A DNA stretch of 63,594 nucleotides, the filler included, from Chiloscyllium plagiosum (taxonomy: Eukaryota), in the NCBI RefSeq assembly GCF_004010195.1. It is 4 parts of one record of this genome, joined end to end, with 100 filler letters (N's around TTAATTAATTAA, not from the genome) between each part and the next. Parts side by side here need not be neighbours in the genome. Positions count along the whole stretch, not along the records: positions 27,400 to 49,167 come from NC_057717.1; positions 49,268 to 56,040 come from NC_057717.1; positions 56,141 to 63,594 come from NC_057717.1; 1 more part is not named here. The stretch is one strand, 5' to 3'. Each line of letters begins with the position of its first letter. Position 1 is the first letter of the stretch. The notes under the pieces were generated by a model that had not been told where the DNA came from, did not search any database, and was given only the letters and a program-made list of their open reading frames with translations. Made by a program: the position numbers and the translations under genes. This document shows positions 47,645 to 59,100 of the stretch, piece by piece.

Positions 47645-49090
47645 GGAACCAGCTCCAATGCTTGTGACTCTCTCGATCAGTTTCTACAAGACTTACTATC
47701 TATGTAACATTCTCCCGTCGCTATCGCCCGCCCTGTCAATGTAAGCTCCTCCGAATCCCCCACCAATCTAATCATCTCCATAACCTTCTCCAGCTCTTAC
47801 ACCCCTATCTGTGGATACGTTATACTCCCCTATAACCATCCCTAAAGCAGAAACCTCCTCCAGTGTGTGCAATGCTCCCTATCTGTGTTTGTGTCTCCAG
47901 GCTGTATTGCTGTTCCTGTCTCTGTAAGCTCTGACAGATTGTCCAGCTTGCCGGTCCATATAATTTCCAGAACCTCAGCATCTGACATCAACAAAAGTCT
48001 TCATTAACTACAGCCTTCCATATCTCTGTTCTTTATTTAATTCTATACAACTCTCTTAATCTCTGTAAGTTGCAAAATTCCATAAAATACCCCATGCCTG
48101 CGTAAACTGACCCAATCCGACAGTGAGAAGCCTCACTATTCTTTTGATCACCTGTAGTCCCTTCAGATCTCCCTGTATCTTCCCTGACTCCATTGAATAC
48201 AGCCCATCTCATGTTATAACTGCTCTAACACATATGTTACTCCCCATCTCTGATATTCTTCATTACTGCAATTCTCATTCTTTATCTCCAGAGCCTCCAA
48301 TCCCCCTGATCAATGTATGGTTTTGATCCCTTGCAGCATGTTTAACACATGTAGCAGCCTCCAACTCCTCAACGCATCCTGTCGCTGTAACCTCCTCAAA
48401 TACGACAGCTCACTGTCTTTGTAATATCTTCCAGTATCTGCAACCCTCTCGATTTTTGTAACCCCCTCCAGAACAGCACTCCACGTCTCTTTGTAACTGA
48501 TGGGAATGCTGTAAATCTGCCTTCACAGTCCTCAGTAACTCTCTGAACTTCTGAAGCCCTACAACCCTCATCATCTCTGGGTCCTCCAATCCCTACACTT
48601 CTCCCTGGCTGTGTGAACTGATCCAGCCCCTTCAAACCTCCCTATCTCACTCACTCCTGCAGCTCCAACTCTTGTCCATGTCAGTGTAATTATCAGCGCC
48701 AACAATCCTCCCAGTCTCTATAAACTCTTGCAGCTCCAACTACCACCCCTACCTGAGTACTCTCCAGTCCCTCCAATCCTCCCTTTCTCTATAAACTCCT
48801 GTAGCTCCAAATATTATCCCATCTGTCTACTCTCCAGTGCCTATAACCCTCCCTTTTTCTAAAAACATCTGTAGCTCCAACTACTACTGTGTAATTTCTA
48901 GCCCCTATATTCCTCCCGATCTCTGTAAATCCTTCAGAACTGATAATCCTGTAACTCTACTTGACATCTTTCAGCCTGACAACCACCAACAGTGATCTCA
49001 AACCACCGAACTCTGTAACATCCTCCAGTCTCTACAGCCCAGTTTTTCTCTGTTAGCTTCTCTGGTAACTGTATTCCCCTTCATCTCCGG
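47645..49090 (+). repeat. Degenerate C/T-rich minisatellite-like tract (unit roughly 35-40 nt)
   Basis: Clearest at 48530-49050: ctccagtccctccaatcctccctttctctataaactcctgtagctccaa..., ctctgtaacatcctccagtctctacagccc. Confidence 0.7.
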
Positions 49091-49167
49091 TTACAGATCC
49101 TTGCTCAGTGAAACGATGTCTCAGTACCGAACCTGTAAGAACACAAGAATCTTTGGTGTATCAATAA

Positions 49168-49267
49168 NNNNNNNNNNNNNNNNNNNNNNNNNNNNNNNNN
49201 NNNNNNNNNNNTTAATTAATTAANNNNNNNNNNNNNNNNNNNNNNNNNNNNNNNNNNNNNNNNNNNN
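49168..49267. other. Artificial scaffold-concatenation spacer 2
   Basis: 44 N + TTAATTAATTAA (49212-49223) + 44 N. Confidence 0.95.
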
Positions 49268-49284
49268 ATGACAGTACCAGGGTG

Positions 49285-50010
49285 AGGCTGTGTAAATGTG
49301 GGGACTGTGGGAAGGTATTTACTTTCCCCTCCCATCGGGACACTCACCGACAGTCACACTGGGGAGAGGTCAGTCACCTGCCCCACGTATAGGAAGGGAT
49401 TTATTCGATCTTACAATCTGCTGATGCACCGGAGAGGGCACAGAGGATTGAGACCCTTCACCTGCTCCATATGTGAGAAAGGGTTCATTCAAATCTCCCA
49501 ACAGTGGAGACATCAGTGCATTCCCACTGGGGAGAGGCCATTCACCTGCTTCGTGTGTGGAAAGGATTGAGACCCTTCACCTGCTCCATATGTGAGAAAG
49601 GGTTCATTCAAATCTCCCAACAGTGGAGACATCAGTGCATTCCACTGGGGAGGAAGGGATTTATTCGATCTTACAATCTGCTGATGCACCGGAGAGGGCA
49701 CAGAGGATTGAGACCCTTTACCTGCTCCATATGTGAGAAAGGGTTCATTCAAATCTCCCAACAGTGGAGACATCAGTGCATTCCCACTGGGGAGAGGCCA
49801 TTCACCTGCTTCGTGTGTGGGAAAGGATTCAGTCAGTCCTCTGACCTGCTGAAACACCAGTGAGCCCACACAGGGAAGAGGCCATTCAGATGGTCAGTGT
49901 GTGAGAAGGGATTCAGTGATTCATCCCGCCTGCTGAGACTCCAGCGGGTTCACACTAGGTCGGAGCTATTTGCCTCTCCATGTGACAAGGGATTTACTGA
50001 GTCTTCACTA
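49285..50010 (+). pseudogene. C2H2 (Kruppel-type) zinc-finger array pseudogene
   Basis: CGDCGKVFTFPSHRDTHR (frameshift) SHTGER; FTCSICEKGF...TGERPFTCFVCGKGFSQSSDLLKHQ*AHTGKRP; frameshifts, a stop at 49861-49863, lost Cys/His ligands and internal duplications. Confidence 0.9.
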
Positions 50011-50299
50011 CGACTGAAGGGAAGTGGTCATCCACCTGCCCCGTGTGGGGTAGAGTTCAGACATCACTGCAGGACTCTGATTCTGCAGTTATTGTTCATC
50101 AGAGGCAGGACTGGACCTTTTACAAGATGAAAATGTTGGAGTATTGATGTTTGGATTGTTAATGACATTAACTGGGCTGGTGTTGACTAAATTTATAATC
50201 ACTATATTCTGAACCTCAGGATGTCTCTCTGAGCAATAAGTCTCCACAAACAGCAATGTGACAATGAACAGGGATCATTGTTTTGATTTAAATTATGAT

Positions 50300-50620
50300 T
50301 GTAGCATTGCCGCTTCACAGCACCAAGTACAAGGTTGGAGTCCAGCCTTGGTAGACTGCCTGCATAAAGTTTGCACATTCCCCTATGATAGTTTGGGCCC
50401 CCTCCAGGTGCTCTGGTTTCCTCCCACAGTCCAATGATATGGTTAGGTGGATCGGTCGTACTAAATTGCACAATGTTCAGGAATGTGCAGACTAGGTGGA
50501 TCATCCATAAGAAATGCAGTGTCACAGGATGGAGTGCTCTGGGTGGTAGGTTCTTCGGATAGTAGGTGGGATTTGATGGGCCATTGCTTTCCTTCCACAC
50601 TGTTGGGATTCTATTCCATG
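50300..50620 (+). mobile_element. HE1-like V-SINE, decayed
   Basis: cttcacagcaccaag...aagtttgcacattcccct...ctccaggtgctctggtttcctcccacagtcca. Confidence 0.78.
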
Positions 50621-51856
50621 ATTGAGAATAAAGGCTGCATAGTGGGGTGTCCTTAGAGAAGGAGCATGTGGTGTGTATCAATGCTCTCGATGCCTTTAGA
50701 TAGAGGTGGGCACCGCAGGGGATACAGTGCTTTATCTCCACCGCTGCCCCATCACCCCCAACTCTACTTTGATTTAGTCCTTTCCCACGCTGTCACTTGT
50801 ATTGGTTTGCTTTGCCTATATAGACTTTCTTTGGTTACACGGGTGTTTACTGCTGGTGATTATATATTAAGCAAAGGCAAACCGACGGAATGATGATTTT
50901 GATGGTGGGAATGTTGCCCAGCTGTGTGTGATATCACTTCTGGGTAGGAGAAATGGGGAANNNNNNNNNNNNNNNNNNNNNNNNNNNNNNNNNNNNNNNN
51001 NNNNNNNNNNNNNNNNNNNNNNNNNNNNNNNNNNNNNNNNNNNNNNNNNNNNNNNNNNNNNNNNNNNNNNNNNNNNNNNNNNNNNNNNNNNNNNNNNNNN
51101 NNNNNNNNNNNNNNNNNNNNNNNNNNNNNNNNNNNNNNNNNNNNNNNNNNNNNNNNNNNNNNNNNNNNNNNNNNNNNNNNNNNNNNNNNNNNNNNNNNNN
51201 NNNNNNNNNNNNNNNNNNNNNNNNNNNNNNNNNNNNNNNNNNNNNNNNNNNNNNNNNNNNNNNNNNNNNNNNNNNNNNNNNNNNNNNNNNNNNNNNNNNN
51301 NNNNNNNNNNNNNNNNNNNNNNNNNNNNNNNNNNNNNNNNNNNNNNNNNNNNNNNNNNNNNNNNNNNNNNNNNNNNNNNNNNNNNNNNNNNNNNNNNNNN
51401 NNNNNNNNNNNNNNNNNNNNNNNNNNNNNNNNNNNNNNNNNNNNNNNNNNNNNNNNNNNNCTATCTATGTAGCCTCCAGAGCCTAGAAGCCTTCTTATAT
51501 CTGTAAATGTCTTCAGTCACGACAACCTTCCGTATCTCTGCTAGTATACCCAATTCTCTCCTAAATGAATCACCTCCCTGTCTGTGCCTCTCAGTCTGCC
51601 TACCTCTTCCTTTCTCCATCCCTATCTCTATCTCCAGAATCTAATCCAGCTCCCCCTATCTCTGTAAATTCCTCCAATCCACAAACCCCTGTGTCCCATT
51701 AACATTCTTGACCAGATGTAACTCTTTTTAACTCTAACATCCTCGAGTCCGTGTAAGGCTTGAGTCTCTGTAACTTCTACCCATCTGTTCAACCCCCCTA
51801 CTGAGGAATGACTCCCTGTATTTGCCATAAGGCAGATGGAATGACAGTGAACAGAT

Positions 51857-53053
51857 ATGATGGAACTCCCTTTCTGGAGATTTAGCTGCAGAATTACCAT
51901 CGCTGGGAGGTGAATATTGAAGGTTGGTTGGGATAGAGTCATAGAGTCAGAGAGATGTACAGCATGGAAACCGACCCTTCGGTCCAACCAATCCATGCTG
52001 AGCAGATATCCCAACCCAAACTAGTCCCAAAAGACAGACTAGTCAATAAGCCAACAAGTTGTGAAGGAAGGAAGAGGATAATGCATTAATGAGAGATTCA
52101 TGTGGATCTGAATATGAAAAGTGGAGCTGAGAATAACCAAGCAGCAGCAACCGTTAACAGGAATTCTTTTGTAGGCACCAGACAGTGATGGGAATGTCAA
52201 TATAGTTAAAGTCAGGACACTGAATATACTTATGCCAAGGGCAGTACAGTAACTGTGTGTGACAGTGGTCTCCATGCCGACTGGTACAGCAATGAGCCTG
52301 TTAGATTTAATTTGTTGGTGTGAATATAAATGGCAGAATTGTAAGTNNNNNNNNNNNNNNNNNNNNNNNNNNNNNNNNNNNNNNNNNNNNNNNNNNNNNN
52401 NNNNNNNNNNNNNNNNNNNNNNNNNNNNNNNNNNNNNNNNNNNNNNNNNNNNNNNNNNNNNNNNNNNNNNNNNNNNNNNNNNNNNNNNNNNNNNNNNNNN
52501 NNNNNNNNNNNNNNNNNNNNNNNNNNNNNNNNNNNNNNNNNNNNNNNNNNNNNNNNNNNNNNNNNGATGGAACTCCCTTTCTGGAGATTTAGCTGCAGAA
52601 TGACCATCGCTGGGAGGTGAATATTGGATGTTGATTTGGATAGAGTCAAAGAGTCAGAGAGATGTACAGCATGGAAACCGACCCTTCGGTCCAACCCATC
52701 CATACTGAGCAGATATCCCAACCCAATCTAGTCCCAAAAGACAGACAAGTCAATAAGCCAACAAGTTGTGAAGGAAGGATGAGGATAATGCATTAATGAG
52801 AGAGTCATGTGGATCTGAATATGAAAGGTGGAGCTGAGAAGAACCAAGCAGCAGCAACCGTTAATAGGAATTCTTTTGTAGGCACCAGACAGTGATGGGA
52901 ATGTCAATATAGTTAAAGTCAGGACACTGAATATACTTATGCCAAGGGCAGTACAGTAACTGTGTGTGGCAGTGGTCTCCATGCCGACTGATACAGCAAT
53001 GAGCCTGTTGGATTTAATTTGTTGGTGTGAATATAAATGGCAGAATTGTAAGT
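51857..53053. repeat. Direct duplication across a gap (51857-52346 and 52566-53053) containing a short CR1 3' UTR
   Basis: gatggaactccctttctggagatttagctgcagaa...aaatggcagaattgtaagt appears on both sides of the gap at 52347-52565. Confidence 0.88.
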
Positions 53054-53059
53054 GTGTAG

Positions 53060-53740
53060 GAGGGGTGTCGTGGTATAGGGGATATGGTGCATTGGAATTA
53101 TCAGAAGCCTTTATGCAAGTTTGAATAAGGGCTAAAGAGTAACTTGGGAGAGAATAGGGTCCCTTAAGGATCAATAAGGTCACCCATGTGTGGAACCAGA
53201 AGAGATGGGTGAGATATTAGACAAAATTAATCTTGTCAGTATTTACTGTGGCGAAAGACATGGAAGCTTGGGAACTTGAGGAAATAAATAGTGATGTCTT
53301 GGAAAGAATCCTCACCAGAGAAGAGAGAGTGCTGGAATCTTAAAAAAACTAAAGGCAGATGAGTCTTCAGTAGCTCATTGGGTCGATCCTTGAATATTGT
53401 GGGAAGCTAGGGAAGAGATTAACAGATATTTATATAATCAACAGACACAGTGAGATTTTGGAAGACTGGAGGTTGGCTAATGCTGTTCCATCGCTTGAGG
53501 ACTGCAGGGAAAAGCCAGGAAATTACAGCCCCGTGAGCCCAGTGATGGGGAGGTTGTTGGAGGAGATTTTGAGATCAAGGAGCTCCTTACAGTTACAAAG
53601 GCAAGGGCTGATTCGAGATGGTCAGCACGGCTTTGTGAGTGGAAAACCATGTTGCACAAATCGGATTGACTCTTCGAGGAGGTGGCCAAAGATAGATGAA
53701 GGCAGAGCAGTCAACGTTGTCCACATGGACTTTGGCATCT
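53060..53740 (+). mobile_element. CR1 LINE ORF2 fragment
   Basis: EDWRLANAVP...KPGNYSPVS...QHGFVSGKPCCTN...DEGRAVNVVHMDF. Confidence 0.85.
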
Positions 53741-55890
53741 AGTCAAGAGGAAGAAGGAAGCTTACTTAAGGTTGAGGAAGCAAGGATCAGACAGGGCTCC
53801 AGAGAGTTACATTGGATGGCACGGTGTCTCAGTGGTTTGCACTGCGACCTCATAGCACCACGGACTCCATTTCGATTACACCCTCAGGCGACTGTCTGTG
53901 GGGTATTTGCGCATTCTCCCTGTGGGTTTTCTCCAGGTGCTCCGGTTTCCCCCCGCAGCCCAAAGATGTGCCAGTTTGGTGGCTTAGCCATGCAAAATTA
54001 CCCATAATGTTCAGGGATGGGTAGGTTTGGCGCATTAGTCAGGGCAAATGGAGAGTAATAGTTTGGGGGAATGGGGCTGGGTTGGATACTTTTGGAGGGT
54101 TGGTATGGAGTTCTTGGGTCAAATGGCCTGTTTCCACACTGTAGGGATGGTCTGAAGGTACCAGGAAGGAACCGAGAGATGGACTGAGGGCAACTAGAAG
54201 GAGGCATGAAAAAGCATTGTTGGTAAGGGTTAAGGAAAACCGCGAGGCATTCTCAACTTATGCGACGAATAAGAGGATGGTCAGAGTGAGGATAGGGCCG
54301 GTCAGGGATAGTGGAAGGAACTTGTGCCTGGAGTCACAGGAGGTAGGGGAGGTCCTTAATGAATACTATGTCTCAGTATTCACTGCTGAGAAGGATCTTG
54401 TCGTTTGTGAGGACAGCGTGAAACAGGCTGATGTACGTGAACAGGTGGATGTTAAGAAGGAGGATGTGTTGAGAATTTTGTAAAAGATAAGGATACATAA
54501 GTCGCTGAACCAGACTGGATGCGTCCAAAGTAACTATAGGAAACGAGGGAATGGATTGCTGCGCACCTGGTGATGACCTTTGCGCCCTCACTGTCCACTG
54601 GATTCGGACCAGATGATTGGAGGCAGGAAAATATTATTCCCTTGTTCAGGAAAGTTAATAGGGATAATCCTGGGAATTGCACACCTTTCAGTCTTCTATC
54701 TGTGGTGTGCAGATTACTGGAGAGGACTCTGGGAGACAGGATTTATTATTCCTTTGGAAACCATAGTTTGATGAGAGATAGTCAGCATTGTTTTGTAAGG
54801 GGCAGGTCATGCCTTACAAATCTTATTGAATCTTTTGAGAATGTGACAAAACATCTTTATGGCTCATTCAGAAAATACGGAGACATGGGATACAGGGAAA
54901 CCCGTCTGTCCGGATACAGGATTACTGGCCCACAGAAGACAGAGGGTGATGATAGATGGAAAGCATTCATTCTGGAGCTCGGTCACCGTTGGTTTTCTGC
55001 AGGGAGAGGTTACAGGACCTCTACTCTTTGTGAGTTTATGAATGACTTGGATGTGTGATTGAAAGAGGGGTTAGTAAGTTTCCCAATGGCACGAAGGTTG
55101 GTGGAGTGGTTGATAGTATGGAGGGCTGTTGTAGGTTGCAACAGAACATTGACAGGATGCAGAGTTGGGCTGAGAAGTGGCAGATTGAGTTCAATCTGGG
55201 AAAAGTGTGAAGTCATTAATTTTGAAGTTTGAATTTGAATGCAGAATACAGAGTTAAAGGCAGGATCTTTGGCAGTGTTGAGGAACAGAGGGATCTTGGG
55301 TTCCAAGTCCATAGATCCCTCAAATAGCCACCCAAGCTGATTGGCTTGTTAAGAAGCAATATATTGTGTGGGATTTCATTAGTTTGGGGTTTGAGTTTTA
55401 AAGCCGTGAGATTATGTTGCAGCTCCATAGAGCCCTAGTACGACCCCACTTGGAATATTGTGTTCAGTTCTGGTCCCTTCATTGCAGGAAGGATGTGGAA
55501 GCTTTAGAGAGGGTAAAGAGGAGATTTACCAGGATGCTACCGGTACTGGATTTATGACGAAAGTTTGAGGGAGCTAAGGCTTTTCTCATTAGAGTGAAGA
55601 GGGTGAGGGGTGACTTGGCAGAGGTGAACAAGTTGATGAGAGTCATAGATAGAGTGAATAGAGAGAGATATTTTTTATCCTCATATAAATAGTTATTACA
55701 TGGGGGTATAATTTTCGGATGATTAATGGATGGTTAAGGGGAGATTTCAGAGGTAGGTTCGTTACATACAGAGTGGTGGCTGAGTGGAATGCACTGCCAG
55801 CGGTGGCGGTAAAATTAGATGTATTAGGGACATTTAATATACTTCTGGATAGGCACATGGATGATAATAAAATGAAGGATATGGAAGTTA
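53740..55890 (+). mobile_element. CR1 LINE 3' half interrupted by a SINE
   Basis: GRNLCLESQEVGEVLNEYYVSVFTAE; DDWRQENIIPLFRK...QHCFVRGRSCLTNLIE; C-terminal VVAEWNALP; the SINE sits at 53815-54150. Confidence 0.9.
53815..54150 (+). mobile_element. HE1-like V-SINE nested in CR1
   Basis: ggcacggtgtctcagtggtt A-box, gactgtctgtgggg..tttgcgcattctccc V-domain, tail ggcctgtttccacactgtagggat. Confidence 0.85.
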
Positions 55891-56040
55891 GAGTCATAGA
55901 GATGCACAGCACGGAACAGACCCTTCGGTCCAACCCGTCCATGCGGACCCGATATCCCAACACAATCTAGTCCCACCTGCCAGCACCCATCCATATCCAA
56001 ACCCTTCCTATTCATATACCCATTCAAATGCCTCTTAAAT

Positions 56041-56140
56041 NNNNNNNNNNNNNNNNNNNNNNNNNNNNNNNNNNNNNNNNNNNNTTAATTAATTAANNNN
56101 NNNNNNNNNNNNNNNNNNNNNNNNNNNNNNNNNNNNNNNN
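56041..56140. other. Artificial scaffold-concatenation spacer 3
   Basis: 44 N + TTAATTAATTAA (56085-56096) + 44 N. Confidence 0.95.
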
Positions 56141-59100
56141 CTCCCTGTTCCTTTTGTGACATTAAACCCTGACAATGATTCCCCTGCCCACTGCCCTCCT
56201 CCTGATAGCAGACCCTTTGCAATCCCTTTAAATCTTACTCCTAAAACACTCTCTCACTTCAGGATTTTAAGTATTTTTTGGTGATCTTCTAAGCCTCCTA
56301 ATCTAATATGGTACATTTTGTCCTGAGAGAGGGGTTGGTGGGAATTTCTTGCTGAGGTTTGGTGTGTTTTAATGGAATGTCCTTTTGTTGAGTGATTTAC
56401 ACTGTTCCTTCAAATGTTTTCCACTGTTCATTTACAGGCGCATGTTTCAGTCTGTTTAGCCTGTTTACCTTGGTCAGTTATCCTCTCAAACTCATGTAAT
56501 TGGCTGTTTTTGTTTCTAAGTGTAGCTTGTCCTTTCTGTGATTCCCACCAAACTTTATATTTCTTTAAACTGCACTTTATCACAATTTCCCAGAGGATCT
56601 CTCCAGATGACATTACTCAGTCACTAAGTGTCATCACACTACGGTCGCTCTGAGACAGTTACGTCCCCAGCCAGTTGCACAATTTGTTATTCAAAAAAAC
56701 ACTGAAAACTATTCATCTGAACTCCTCTTCCAATATCATTGTCAGTGTGACTGTCCCAGATCATGTGAATATTGAAGTTTCCCAAAATTATCACAATGTG
56801 TTTGTAAAAAAATTCCAATGAGTTCCTGTTTAATGCAGTGATGAGCAACGAAATGCTGTTCGGTGGTCCAAAACTGTTCTGCTGCTTGTGTCCTTTGCAA
56901 GTAGCAGCCAGAATTTGCGTTCAGACTGACTCTACTTCATGATCTGAGGCCAAATGCTTTCTCTGTAATACCTTTGTTATCCATTATTGTTAGCGTCGTC
57001 CATTTTGCCTGAGTTTCCGCAAGGTTGTGATCCATTGAATATTTATGTTCCACCTTTTGTTCGCCCTGTAACCACGTCACCCTGGTGTCTAAATCTCTTT
57101 TATGTCTGTGTCACAAATCAATCTACCTTATTGATGAGACGTTATCCATTCCAGAACAAAAACATAATTTACTCTTTCCCACAATTTCCTGTCACAAACC
57201 GATTATCCGAAGCACAGTCTTCGTTAAACTCGGTCCCTTCGTTTCCTTTCTGCTTGTCTTCAGTCACATTCCCATGCTGGTCCCATACTTCACCTTTTCC
57301 GTTTGGATTTGGAAAGCTCCTTTCACCTGAACCCTGTCCCTGCATCCTCTGTCAGTTGAAAGCCCTGCCCATAAACCTACCGACATGATTGGCCAGGACA
57401 CTGGTGCCAGCACAGTTCCAGCGGGACCATCCTAAAGGATTATTTTATTAAATCAGGTATGGGATGTGGGTGTCTCTGGCTGACCAGCCTTTCTTGCCCA
57501 GCTCTAGCTGCCTTCGAGCTGGGTAACTTGCTCGGCCATTTCAGACGGTATTGAGAGGCAAACATTTTGCTGTGGGTACGTCGTGCAGACCACGTGTGGA
57601 TGTGCAGATGTCCTTATTTGAAGGACAAGTGTTTGTTGTTTTTTGTATATCAGCAATGTTTTCATATTTATTTATGGATAGTGAATTACTATTTTTAAAA
57701 TTATTGATTTCAAATTCCACTATTTCTGATGGTGGGATTCAAACCCACTTCCACTGAATATTAGCTGAGGTTTTGGATACATGCTGTAGCCGTAATGCCA
57801 CTCGGCCATCACTTCGCCTGCTCACTGGTTGCTCATCCCTGAGCACTGATACCAGGGCATCATGAAGCTAAACCCATTCTTCCAACATGACTGTGTGATC
57901 CTGAGGTCTTCCAGCACTCTAATTATATCACTCAGTCTCTCTCCATGTGGTATCCCTCACGGTGTGGATCTTATTGCCGCCTCTGTCGGCGCCCCCTGCT
58001 CTTGCAGTTACTCCAGATCCTGAGCCAACAGAATTCTCCACTCCAGAGAGACGCCAGAGCACAGGCCAGGGATGGAGTGGGATTTTACAGACTCTGTGGG
58101 ACTCATTTCCATTCTCCATGTATAACCCTCACTGCATCAGTCTAATTTTCCATTCTGTCTATTTCTCTGTCTCCTGTAGATACTTAGGAAGTTCCTGACT
58201 CAATAGACTTTCCAATTACTGGGTGTGTCGTCCAACACCTCATTGAGGATGATTGGTCAGCCAGAGAGACAAAAGGCAGGGAGATGTGGAGCCTTCAATA
58301 AATCCTGCAGTGAGGTAAGATCACTCGGTGCACAGAGCAGAGAGCAATGAAAGGCCTCCTAACATTGCTAACAAGACATGATATAGATGCAGTGCTGGAG
58401 GGGGAGCACAGTACAGTATTGACACACCCCTTGTTCAAACACCACGTCTACATTAACTTACGTTGCACTGGGACAGCATGGGGAATTCATAGTTATCAAA
58501 CTGGGCCTGTGAGCATCAGGACAACAGAGAGGAAAACAGGCCTCCGATAAGAGGTTGGGAATGCTGCCTGGGATCTTTCTGTTCTGTGTTCTCCCTCCAT
58601 CACTGTACTAAGACTGCAACTCTGTACCTATCGCATGGCTTGTGCACCAGTGTCTTCAGTCATTTTTAACTTCTATAACAGTTCCTGTCCCTGTAAACTC
58701 CTCCCTTCCCGATAGTCCCTCCACATATTTGAAACATATTGCATTCCAGACTACCATCCCGATCGCTCTAACTTGCTTCAGCGTCTACAACATGCTTTAT
58801 TTAGGTACTGTAATCCTCTTTAGCTGGAGACAGAGTGATACAGCGCAGAAACAGAACCTGTGTCCAACTCATCAATGCTGCCCATGTTTCATACACTGAA
58901 TGAGTCTCATTTGCCTGCGTTTGGCCCTTAGCTCTCCAAACCTTCTCCTCTCCAATATTCCTGCCCAAATGTCTTTTCCATGTTGTCATTGTTCTTGTTT
59001 CTCCCATGTGCCCCTGGCAGTCTGTTCTGTCTGTGCACCATCCTCTGTGGATAATGTTGCCCCTCAGCTCCCTCTTTAAATCTTTGCTCTCTCACCTCCC

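Noticed and set aside
49285..50010. Functional zinc-finger gene
   Set aside because: Frameshifts, a premature stop and loss of zinc ligands in most fingers.
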